Shown here piece after piece: positions 56,490 through 64,000 of a DNA stretch of 64,000 nucleotides. How positions within the stretch are numbered: position 1 is the stretch's first letter; each line of letters starts with the position of its first letter. This DNA comes from Candidatus Flemingiibacterium merdigallinarum (GTDB taxonomy: Bacteria > Bacillota > Clostridia > Oscillospirales > CAG-272). The translations under genes and the position numbers were made by a program. The notes beneath the pieces are model-generated. The model saw nothing but the letters and a program-made list of their open reading frames with translations. It was not told where the DNA came from and ran no database searches. The stretch spans positions 7,587 to 71,586 of the forward strand of contig CAJFKR010000003.1 of the NCBI GenBank assembly GCA_904386005.1, written 5' to 3'.

Positions 56490-56675
56490 ATGGCAAAGAA
56501 ATCAATGGTTTTGAAGCAGCAGAAGCCGCAGAAATTCTCCACCCGTGAATACAACAGATGCAAAATCTGCGGCCGTCCGCACGGCTATTTAAGAAAGTAC
56601 GGCATCTGCCGTATCTGCTTCCGTGAGCTTGCCTACAAGGGCGAGATTCCCGGAGTAAGAAAGGCATCCTGGTAA
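56490..56675 (+). CDS. rpsN: 30S ribosomal protein S14, zinc-binding type Z (61 aa)
   Basis: [23 protein letters not shown] contains the CxxC...CxxC motif. Confidence 0.97.
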   Translation: MAKKSMVLKQQKPQKFSTREYNRCKICGRPHGYLRKYGICRICFRELAYKGEIPGVRKASW

Positions 56676-56832
56676 GCTCCGACCGGATTTCCGGTTGGCA
56701 GCCGACTAAATTATCAGTAATAAAAATCGCTCCAATCTTGCCGGAAGGAAGCGATAAGCTTAACCACCGGCTGCAGGCCGCATATCGCGGCAGCAAGGGT
56801 TATAGCGTACTTGCATAAAGGAGGATAATAAA

Positions 56833-57231
56833 ATGCAAATTTCAGACGTAATCGCTGATATGCTCACGCGTATCAGAAACGCAAACGATGCTAAGCATCA
56901 GACCGTAGACGTTCCGGCGTCCAACATGAAGAAGGCAATTGCCGACATTCTTCTTTCCGAGGGCTATATCAAGTCCTATCAGGTCATTGAGGACGGCAAG
57001 CAGGGAATCATTCGCATCACGCTTAAGTACGGACAGGGCAAGTCGAAGATCATCAAGGGTCTGCGCAGAGTTTCCAAGCCCGGTCTCCGTATCTACGCCA
57101 ACTGCGAGGATATGCCGCGCGTCATGAACGGACTCGGTATCGCAATCATCTCTACCTCCAAGGGCATCATGACCGACAAGGCAGCTCGTGAGAGCCATGT
57201 CGGCGGTGAAGTTCTCGCCTTTGTATGGTAA
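56833..57231 (+). CDS. rpsH: 30S ribosomal protein S8
   Basis: [13 protein letters not shown] ... [26 protein letters not shown]. Confidence 0.98.
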   Translation: MQISDVIADMLTRIRNANDAKHQTVDVPASNMKKAIADILLSEGYIKSYQVIEDGKQGIIRITLKYGQGKSKIIKGLRRVSKPGLRIYANCEDMPRVMNGLGIAIISTSKGIMTDKAARESHVGGEVLAFVW

Positions 57232-57250
57232 TCGGCAGGAGGAGATAATA

Positions 57251-57790
57251 ATGTCAAGAATAGGAAAGAAGCCGATCGCCGTTCCCGCAGGTGTTGACGT
57301 CAAGATTGGCGACGGCAATACTCTGACCGTCAAGGGACCGAAGGGTACTCTTGTTCAGTCGTTCAGCCCCAGAATGTCGATAACTGTCGATAACGGTACT
57401 ATCAATGTCGCTCGTCCGACAGACGAGAAGGAAGATCGTGCTATTCATGGCCTGACCCGTACGCTTATCAACAATATGGTTATAGGTGTAACCAATGGCT
57501 ATTCGAAAAAGCTCGAAATCAACGGCGTTGGCTACAGAGCTCAGAAGAGCGGAAAGACGCTCACTCTGAACCTCGGTTACTCGCACACAATAACGTTCGA
57601 CGAGTTCGACGACATCAAATTCGACGTTCCGTCGCAGACTGAAATTATTGTCAGCGGCATCAACAAGCAGACTGTCGGTCAGATAGCGGCTCAGATCCGC
57701 GAAAAGAGACCGCCCGAGCCCTACCTCGGCAAGGGTATCAAGTATGAGGGCGAGCATATTCGCCGCAAAGCCGGAAAGACCGGTAAATAA
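57251..57790 (+). CDS. rplF: 50S ribosomal protein L6
   Basis: GGAGG precedes the ATG at 57251 (MSRIGKKPIAVPAGV). The tracked start at 57188 overlaps rpsH. Confidence 0.97.
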   Translation: MSRIGKKPIAVPAGVDVKIGDGNTLTVKGPKGTLVQSFSPRMSITVDNGTINVARPTDEKEDRAIHGLTRTLINNMVIGVTNGYSKKLEINGVGYRAQKSGKTLTLNLGYSHTITFDEFDDIKFDVPSQTEIIVSGINKQTVGQIAAQIREKRPPEPYLGKGIKYEGEHIRRKAGKTGK

Positions 57791-57808
57791 TGAAAGGAGT
57801 GGACTTGC

Positions 57809-58165
57809 ATGGTATCGAGAAAGGACAGTAATATACAGCGCCTTAAGAGACATAAGAGAGTCAGAGCCAAGATCTCCGGCACTGAAGCTCGTCCGCGTCT
57901 CTGTGTATATCGTTCGCTTAACAACATCCAGGCACAGGTCATTGATGATGTCAAGGGCGTAACGCTTGCATCCGCTTCCTCCCTTGAGAAGGATTTCGGT
58001 TATGGCGGCAACAAGGAAGCTGCGCGCAAGGTCGGCAAGCTGATTGCCGAGCGCGCGGTCGCAAAGGGTATCTCCGAAGTCGTTTTCGACAGAGGCGGAT
58101 ACGTTTACCACGGTCGTGTATTGGAGCTTGCAGAGGGTGCAAGAGAAGGCGGACTTAAGTTCTAA
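57809..58165 (+). CDS. rplR: 50S ribosomal protein L18
   Basis: [15 protein letters not shown] ... [26 protein letters not shown]. Confidence 0.98.
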   Translation: MVSRKDSNIQRLKRHKRVRAKISGTEARPRLCVYRSLNNIQAQVIDDVKGVTLASASSLEKDFGYGGNKEAARKVGKLIAERAVAKGISEVVFDRGGYVYHGRVLELAEGAREGGLKF

Positions 58166-58305
58166 GTCCGCAAAGCCGAAATATTTCGGTTGAAATAGTT
58201 CGGCTAAGACCAGTTTATACACGGTTTGAATGATTAATCATCCAAATTTTTAATTAACTGAGAGGAAAACGGGTAACAATCTATAAGGTTGTTATAAAAG
58301 CCCGT

Positions 58306-58824
58306 GTGGCAAACAAAATGGCAAAACAGAAATTTGATCCGTCGACCCTCGACCTTTCGGAAACTCCAGTCGCAATCAAGCGCGTTTCCAAGACGGTTAA
58401 GGGCGGACGTATTATGAGATTTACCGCGCTGATGGTTGTCGGCGACGGCAATGGTCACGTAGGCTACGGTCTCGGCAAGGCAGCCGAGGTTCCGGACGCT
58501 ATCCGCAAGGGTATCGAGGACGCAAAGAAGAACATGATCGAAGTCTCGCTCAAGGGAAGCACGATCCCGCACGAGGTTCTCGGCGAGTACGGCGCGGGCA
58601 AGGTTCTTCTGAAGCCGGCCGCACCTGGTACCGGCGTTATCGCCGGCGGCGCGGTTCGTGCCGTAGTTGAGAAAGCCGGAATCAAGAATATCCGTACCAA
58701 GTGCCTGCGTTCGAACAACCCGGTAAACGTAATCAAAGCTACGTTTGAGGGACTCAAGACGCTTCGCAACGCTGAGGAAGTCGCACAGATGCGCGGACTC
58801 AGCCGTGAAGCCGTCACGAAATAA
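58306..58824 (+). CDS. rpsE: 30S ribosomal protein S5
   Basis: [38 protein letters not shown]. The start is GTG at 58306 or ATG at 58318. Neither has a nearby SD. Confidence 0.95.
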   Translation: MANKMAKQKFDPSTLDLSETPVAIKRVSKTVKGGRIMRFTALMVVGDGNGHVGYGLGKAAEVPDAIRKGIEDAKKNMIEVSLKGSTIPHEVLGEYGAGKVLLKPAAPGTGVIAGGAVRAVVEKAGIKNIRTKCLRSNNPVNVIKATFEGLKTLRNAEEVAQMRGLSREAVTK

Positions 58825-58838
58825 GGAGGCTTTATAAG

Positions 58839-59018
58839 ATGGCAAACGTAAAGGTAACACTTGTAAAGAGCCTTATCGGCGCAAAGCCCAACCAAAAGGC
58901 TACGGCGGCTTCGCTCGGACTCAAAAGAGTAGGCGATTCGATTATCCATGCCGATGATGCAGTTCTCGGCGGCAAGGTTAAGGTTATTTCTCACCTTGTA
59001 AAGAAGGAAAACGTCTAA
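58839..59018 (+). CDS. rpmD: 50S ribosomal protein L30 (59 aa, below the ORF-track cutoff)
   Basis: My translation is [66 protein letters not shown] lies 8 nt upstream. Confidence 0.93.
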   Translation: MANVKVTLVKSLIGAKPNQKATAASLGLKRVGDSIIHADDAVLGGKVKVISHLVKKENV

Positions 59019-59055
59019 AAAGGCTTTAAAAATTCAGTATAAGGAGGAAAAACCT

Positions 59056-59496
59056 ATGAAGCTCCATGAACTTTCACCCGCTGAAGGCTCGGTCAAAAAC
59101 AACTGGCGCCGCGGCAGAGGCACCGGTTCCGGAAACGGCAAGACTGCCGGTAAGGGACATAAGGGTCAGAACGCTCGCTCGGGCGGCGGTGTCAGAATCG
59201 GATTCGAAGGCGGTCAGCTCCCGCTTTACAGAAAGCATCCGAAGAGAGGCTTCCACAACAAGTTCGCGACTGTATACTCAATCGTCAATGTGGACGCTCT
59301 CAATGTATTTGAGGACGGCGACGTCGTTAACCTCGCCGCTCTGATGGAAAAAGGCATTATTCGTAAGGCTAATGATGGACTTAAAGTGTTAGGCAACGGA
59401 GAAATCTCAAAGAAGCTTACCGTTGAAGCATCAGTCTTTTCGACAACTGCGAAGGAAAAGATAGAAGCAGCGGGCGGAAAGACAGAGGTGATCTAA
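59056..59496 (+). CDS. rplO: 50S ribosomal protein L15
   Basis: [12 protein letters not shown]...[25 protein letters not shown]. Confidence 0.98.
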   Translation: MKLHELSPAEGSVKNNWRRGRGTGSGNGKTAGKGHKGQNARSGGGVRIGFEGGQLPLYRKHPKRGFHNKFATVYSIVNVDALNVFEDGDVVNLAALMEKGIIRKANDGLKVLGNGEISKKLTVEASVFSTTAKEKIEAAGGKTEVI

Positions 59497-59497
59497 G

Positions 59498-60784
59498 TTG
59501 TTCAAGACACTTAGGAACGCCTTTTCGCTCCCTGAGCTCCGAAAAAAGATGCTCTATGTGGTATTTATCGTCGTGCTGTACCGTATCGGCGCGGTCATCC
59601 CCGTTCCGTATATCAGCGCGGACGCGATGAATTACATTATGAGCTATGGAGACGGTTCTATCTTTCAGTATATGAGCATACTGTCAGGTACGGCCTTCTC
59701 GCGCGCGACCCTGTTCGCGCTGTCGATTTCACCGTACATCAACGCGTCGATTATCATGCAGCTGTTGACTACGGCTATTCCCGCGCTTGAAAATCTTGCT
59801 AAGGAAGAGGACGGCAGAAAAAAGATCACGCAGATTACGCGTTATGTCACGGTCGCGCTCGGACTCATCACCGCTTACGGCTATTATATGTATATCCGTA
59901 ACATCGGCGTCCTGCTTGACAACGGCGTATTCGCCGCTATTGTAATCATCGCCTGCTACACCGCGGGTTCGTCGCTCATCATGTGGCTCGGCGAGAAAAT
60001 CAATGAGAACGGTATCGGCAACGGTATTTCGATTATTCTCTTTTCAAACATCGTTTCTTCAGGTCCTACGATCATAGCGTCGCTTATCTCCTATATCACA
60101 AGCGGCACGGTCGCAGGTGTCATCACCGCGATTCTAAGCGTTCTTATCGGTCTTTTCATGGTTGTATTTATCGTATTTATCACGAATTCCGAAAGACGCC
60201 TCCCGATTCAGTACGCGAAGCGTGTGGTCGGCAGAAAGATGTATGGCGGTCAGAGCTCTACGCTTCCGCTCAAGCTCAATATGACCGGCGTCATGCCGAT
60301 AATCTTCGCAAACTCGATCCTCGCTCTTCCGAGCACAATAGCAATGCTGTTCCCGACGCCTGAGGAGGGTACGTTCTGGTATGGATTCCAGCAGCTCTTC
60401 GCTTATACCTCATGGCTGTATGTAGTGCTGTTCTTTGTGCTGATTGTGTTCTTCTCGTATTTCTATATCGCAATCTCGTTCAATCCGATTGAGGTATCGA
60501 ACAACTTAAAGAAGAACGGCGGATTCATCCCGGGCATACGTCCCGGTAAACCCACCGCGGATTATATCACGAAGGTACTAAATAAGATCACGCTCATGGG
60601 CGCGTTCTTCCTCGCGGTAATTGCGGTGCTCCCGCTGGCGGCAAACATCATCTCCGGCAACACGATCTCCGGCATCGCGTTCGCGGGCACGTCGATCATA
60701 ATAGTCGTCGGCGTCGCGCTTGAAACCGCGCGTGAGATCGAGGCTCAGATGACTATGCGCCACTACAAAGGTTTCCTTGAATAA
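59498..60784 (+). CDS. secY: Preprotein translocase subunit SecY
   Basis: 428 aa, 10 TM. TLFALSISPYINASIIMQLL. TTG start 1 nt after the rplO stop. Confidence 0.97.
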   Translation: MFKTLRNAFSLPELRKKMLYVVFIVVLYRIGAVIPVPYISADAMNYIMSYGDGSIFQYMSILSGTAFSRATLFALSISPYINASIIMQLLTTAIPALENLAKEEDGRKKITQITRYVTVALGLITAYGYYMYIRNIGVLLDNGVFAAIVIIACYTAGSSLIMWLGEKINENGIGNGISIILFSNIVSSGPTIIASLISYITSGTVAGVITAILSVLIGLFMVVFIVFITNSERRLPIQYAKRVVGRKMYGGQSSTLPLKLNMTGVMPIIFANSILALPSTIAMLFPTPEEGTFWYGFQQLFAYTSWLYVVLFFVLIVFFSYFYIAISFNPIEVSNNLKKNGGFIPGIRPGKPTADYITKVLNKITLMGAFFLAVIAVLPLAANIISGNTISGIAFAGTSIIIVVGVALETAREIEAQMTMRHYKGFLE

Positions 60785-60839
60785 GATATCCCGACCTTGT
60801 CGGTGAAGCGCCGCTTCACCGAGGGGCGCGGGAGGATTA

Positions 60840-61505
60840 ATGGAGAATGGTTTATTAATGAAAATGATTTTCCTTGGCGCACCCGGCGCCGGTAAAGGCA
60901 CACAGGCTGAGATAGTTTCCGAAAAATATTCTCTTCCTGCGATATCGACGGGCGCGATCATAAGAGAAGCAATCAAAAATCAGACCGAAATGGGCAAGGC
61001 GGCAAAGTCGTACACCGAATCGGGCGCGCTGGTGCCCGACGAGGTCGTGATTGGTATAATCAAAGAGAGACTGGCGATGGATGACTGTAAAAACGGTTTC
61101 ATTCTCGACGGTTTCCCGAGAACCGTGCCGCAGGCCGAAGCACTTGACAACATGGGCGTCAAGATTGATCTTGTGATAAATATTGACGTTCCGGACGAGA
61201 AGATTGTGGAGAGAATGTCCGGAAGACGCGTCTGCTCGAGATGCGGAGCGTCCTACCATACGAAATACAATCCGTCAAATAAGGGCGATATTTGCGAAAA
61301 ATGCGAAAACGAGCTGCAAATTCGCAAGGACGACGCTCCTGAAGTCGTGTTGTCACGACTCAAAACCTATCATGAGCAGACCGAGCCGCTGATAGAATTC
61401 TATTCGAAGCTCGGAGTGCTCGAAACCGTAATCGGTCAGGAGGAAGTTGCGGATACCACCGCGCTGACGCTTGGCGTGATTGAAGCAAAAAGGCAAGGCA
61501 GATAA
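60840..61505 (+). CDS. adk: Adenylate kinase (zinc-lid type)
   Basis: P-loop GAPGAGKGTQA. The lid is CSRCGASYH...CEKCENEL. The true start may be the ATG at 60858 (MKMIFLG). Confidence 0.96.
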   Translation: MENGLLMKMIFLGAPGAGKGTQAEIVSEKYSLPAISTGAIIREAIKNQTEMGKAAKSYTESGALVPDEVVIGIIKERLAMDDCKNGFILDGFPRTVPQAEALDNMGVKIDLVINIDVPDEKIVERMSGRRVCSRCGASYHTKYNPSNKGDICEKCENELQIRKDDAPEVVLSRLKTYHEQTEPLIEFYSKLGVLETVIGQEEVADTTALTLGVIEAKRQGR

Positions 61506-61507
61506 TC

Positions 61508-62257
61508 ATGATTTCTGTGAAGAATTCCGAACAGATCAAGCTGATGAAGGAAGCCGGACGGATCACCGGTGAAGCGCTGCTGCTCGCCGGCGAGGCTGTT
61601 AAGCCCGGCGTCACGACAAAGCACCTTGACACCATAATCCGCCGCCACATTGAGAGCTGCGGCGCGAAGCCGTCGTTTCTCGGTTACGCGGGTTTCCCCG
61701 GAAGTGCCTGCATCAGTATAAACGATCAGGTCATACACGGAATTCCCGGTTCCAGAGTGATTGAAGAGGGAGACATCGTAAAAATCGATGTCGGCGCCTA
61801 TTACAAGGGATTTCACGGGGACAGCGCAAACACTTTTCCGGTAGGTCATGTCAGCGATGAGGCGTCGCGTCTCATCGAGGTGACAAAGGAGAGCTTCTGG
61901 CGAGGCATCGCCGAAGCGAAGCCTGGAAACCGTGTCGGTGACATTGGTTTTGCGGTGCAGTCTTATGTCGAGAGCTTCGGCTTTTCGGTGGTCAGACGAT
62001 ATGTCGGTCACGGAGTCGGCGAAGAGCTGCACGAGGCACCCGATGTTCCGAACTTCGGGACGCGCGGCCGTGGAGTCAGACTCTGTGCCGGTATGACAAT
62101 CGCGGTCGAGCCGATGGTCAATATCGGAGGACCCGATGTAAACGAACTCAAGGACAAATGGACAGTAGTGACCGCCGACGGCTCGCTGTCGGCTCATTAT
62201 GAGCATACGATAGCAATCACCGATAACGGGGTCATAGTCTTGACGAAAGTCGATTAG
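61508..62257 (+). CDS. map: Methionine aminopeptidase type I
   Basis: FHGDSANTFPVG, GHGVGEELHE and the EHT metal ligands. Confidence 0.96.
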   Translation: MISVKNSEQIKLMKEAGRITGEALLLAGEAVKPGVTTKHLDTIIRRHIESCGAKPSFLGYAGFPGSACISINDQVIHGIPGSRVIEEGDIVKIDVGAYYKGFHGDSANTFPVGHVSDEASRLIEVTKESFWRGIAEAKPGNRVGDIGFAVQSYVESFGFSVVRRYVGHGVGEELHEAPDVPNFGTRGRGVRLCAGMTIAVEPMVNIGGPDVNELKDKWTVVTADGSLSAHYEHTIAITDNGVIVLTKVD

Positions 62258-62282
62258 TCAATTTATCTAAGGAGGGATTTTT

Positions 62283-62501
62283 CTGCCAAAGGATGACGTT
62301 GTAGAATTTGAGGGTACGGTTATCGAGGCTCTGCCTAACGCCGTATTCAAGGTTGAGCTTCCGAACAAGCACATTATAACCGCGCACATTTCAGGCAAGC
62401 TCAGAATGAACTTCATCAAGATTCTGCCGGGCGACAAGGTGACCGTTGAGGTCACGGTGTACGACCTGACTAAGGGCAGAATCACATGGAGAGCGAAATA
62501 A
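62283..62501 (+). CDS. infA: Translation initiation factor IF-1, apparently with a CTG start
   Basis: My translation is (L/M)[71 protein letters not shown], 72 codons. The frame opens after the TAA at 62268-70. No ATG, GTG or TTG occurs before residue 43. GGAGG ends 7 nt before the CTG at 62283. Confidence 0.85.
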   Translation: MPKDDVVEFEGTVIEALPNAVFKVELPNKHIITAHISGKLRMNFIKILPGDKVTVEVTVYDLTKGRITWRAK

Positions 62502-62571
62502 ATCTCCGACACGTATGAAACCTCGTCACATTGTGACGGTCGCTTAATTGTGAGAAAGGCATGGTGAACAC

Positions 62572-62685
62572 ATGAAAGTAAAACCATCCGTTAAGAAGAT
62601 CTGCGACAAGTGCAAGATCATCAAGAGAAAAGGTCATGTCATGGTTATCTGTGAGAACCCGAAGCACAAGCAGAGACAGGGTTAA
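62572..62685 (+). CDS. rpmJ: 50S ribosomal protein L36 (37 aa)
   Basis: My translation is [37 protein letters not shown]. Confidence 0.95.
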   Translation: MKVKPSVKKICDKCKIIKRKGHVMVICENPKHKQRQG

Positions 62686-62731
62686 AGTGACATACCTAAT
62701 TGCAACCATTAAAGAAGGGGTGAACTAACGA

Positions 62732-63100
62732 ATGGCACGTATTGCCGGTGTTGATATTCCGAACAACAAGAGAGTAGAAATCGCTCTCACCTATATCTAC
62801 GGTATCGGCCTCAAGAGCTCGAAGGACATCCTTGCCGCAACTGGCATCGATCCCGACAAGCGCGCGAAGGACCTTACCGAAGAGGATACCGCCAAGTTAA
62901 GAGAAGAGATCGAAAAGAACTATCACGTTGAGGGTGACCTTCGCCGTGATGTCGCGCTCGACATCAAGCGCATGATCGAAATCAACTGCTACCGTGGTAT
63001 CAGACACAGAAAGGGTCTGCCCGTAAGAGGACAAAGAACCAAGACTAACGCGAGAACCAGAAAGGGTCCCGCTAAGACCATAGCGAATAAGAAGAAGTAA
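62732..63100 (+). CDS. rpsM: 30S ribosomal protein S13
   Basis: [26 protein letters not shown]. Confidence 0.98.
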   Translation: MARIAGVDIPNNKRVEIALTYIYGIGLKSSKDILAATGIDPDKRAKDLTEEDTAKLREEIEKNYHVEGDLRRDVALDIKRMIEINCYRGIRHRKGLPVRGQRTKTNARTRKGPAKTIANKKK

Positions 63101-63114
63101 GGAGTGACCAGAAG

Positions 63115-63519
63115 ATGGCAAAAGCACAGGCTACCGCCAAAAAGGTTGTCAAGAAACGCCGCGAGCGCAAGAATATCGAAAAGGGCGCCGCACACATTCG
63201 CGCAACCTTCAACAACACTATCGTAACCATTTCCGATGTAGCGGGAAATGCCGTATCGTGGGCTTCAGCCGGAGAGCTCGGATTCAAGGGTTCGAGAAAA
63301 TCCACTCCTTACGCAGCTCAGATGGCAGCTGAAACCGCAGCGAGAGCTGCAATGGAACACGGTATGAAAACCGTAGAGGTTTATGTAAAGGGTCCGGGCG
63401 CGGGACGTGAAGCCGCTATCCGCGCGCTTCAGGCAACCGGTCTCGACATCAGCCTCATCAAGGACGTAACGCCGATTCCTCACAACGGCTGCCGTCCTCC
63501 GAAACGCCGCCGCGTTTAA
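63115..63519 (+). CDS. rpsK: 30S ribosomal protein S11
   Basis: [18 protein letters not shown] ... [18 protein letters not shown]. Confidence 0.98.
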   Translation: MAKAQATAKKVVKKRRERKNIEKGAAHIRATFNNTIVTISDVAGNAVSWASAGELGFKGSRKSTPYAAQMAAETAARAAMEHGMKTVEVYVKGPGAGREAAIRALQATGLDISLIKDVTPIPHNGCRPPKRRRV

Positions 63520-63546
63520 TCGGATTACAAAAGGAGGTAAATTAAA

Positions 63547-64000
63547 ATGGCAAGATATACAGGTTCTTCTTGCAGACTCTGCCGCAGAGAAGGCTGCAAG
63601 CTGTTCTTAAAGGGTGATCGCTGCCTGTCGTCTAAGTGCGCGATCACAACGAGAGAGAAGTCGCTCGCTCCCGGTCAGCATGGCGCGGACCGCAAGAAGA
63701 TCGGTGAATATGGTATGCAGCTCCGCGAGAAGCAGAAGGCAAAGAGATTCTACGGCGTGCCCGAGAAGCAGTTCCACACCTACTTCAACATTGCGGACAA
63801 GAAAGAGGGTATGTCGGGCGAAAACCTGCTCTCGCTGCTTGAGCGCAGACTCGACAACGTGGTTTACAGAATGGGTATGGCAGAGAGCCGCAAGGAAGCT
63901 CGTCAGCTCGTTCGTCACAACCACTTCAGACTCAACGGCAAAAAGGCAAATATCCCGTCCATCATACTCAATGTCGGCGATGAGATAACTGTTAATGAGA
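63547..64000 (+). CDS. rpsD: 30S ribosomal protein S4, 3' end cut by window edge
   Basis: AAGGAGG lies 8 nt before the ATG at 63547. [26 protein letters not shown]... continues open to base 64000. It is absent from the ORF track because no stop codon falls in the window. Confidence 0.93.
   Translation, partial: MARYTGSSCRLCRREGCKLFLKGDRCLSSKCAITTREKSLAPGQHGADRKKIGEYGMQLREKQKAKRFYGVPEKQFHTYFNIADKKEGMSGENLLSLLERRLDNVVYRMGMAESRKEARQLVRHNHFRLNGKKANIPSIILNVGDEITVNE

Overview
This is a 64-kb chromosomal window from a Gram-positive, Clostridia-like genome. Supporting signs are a perfect CIRCE operator before groES-groEL, GGAGG Shine-Dalgarno sites, TTGACA-17-TATAAT promoters, and the rpsM-rpsK-rpsD gene order. 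I found no rRNA, tRNA, CRISPR, transposase, integrase or recognisable defence genes.

Layout:
- 1-13.4 kb: housekeeping genes (mtaB-like, purL, PHP phosphoesterase, rnhA, nifS-nifU) mixed with orphan solute-binding lipoprotein (SBP) paralogs.
- 13.4-26.4 kb: an ~870-nt non-coding region with twin palindromes, then a seven-gene, ~12.2-kb operon. It encodes a 999-aa binding protein with two CBM-like modules, two ABC permease pairs, an NHL-propeller/Yip1 membrane protein, and a 1012-aa secreted protein of no family I can name. This is my best candidate for an undescribed system.
- 26.5-31.7 kb (minus strand): carA, plus a carB that runs in frame into a complete dapF, giving a 1353-aa fusion.
- 32-37.5 kb (minus strand): an RpiR / ROK kinase / PMI-like cupin / FucI-like isomerase sugar operon behind two exact-consensus promoters.
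- 37.9-49.3 kb: a 5'-truncated SBP remnant, an alanine:cation symporter, groES-groEL, a TetR-aldo/keto reductase pair, another orphan SBP, a GH78-like rhamnosidase, and a membrane protein.
- 49.6-64 kb: the S10-spc-alpha ribosomal protein cluster with secY, adk, map, infA and rpmJ, ending in a partial rpsD.

Other points worth a second look:
- A ~45-nt SD-hairpin-uORF (MVI) leader is shared by two unrelated genes.
- infA has no canonical start codon; CTG is the likely start.
- The S10 leader contains a terminator-like attenuator.
- The rpsN-rpsH and rplR-rpsE spacers are unusually long and look structured.
- S3 carries an Arg/Asp-rich tail.

All family assignments come from motif recognition by eye. 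No database search was run.
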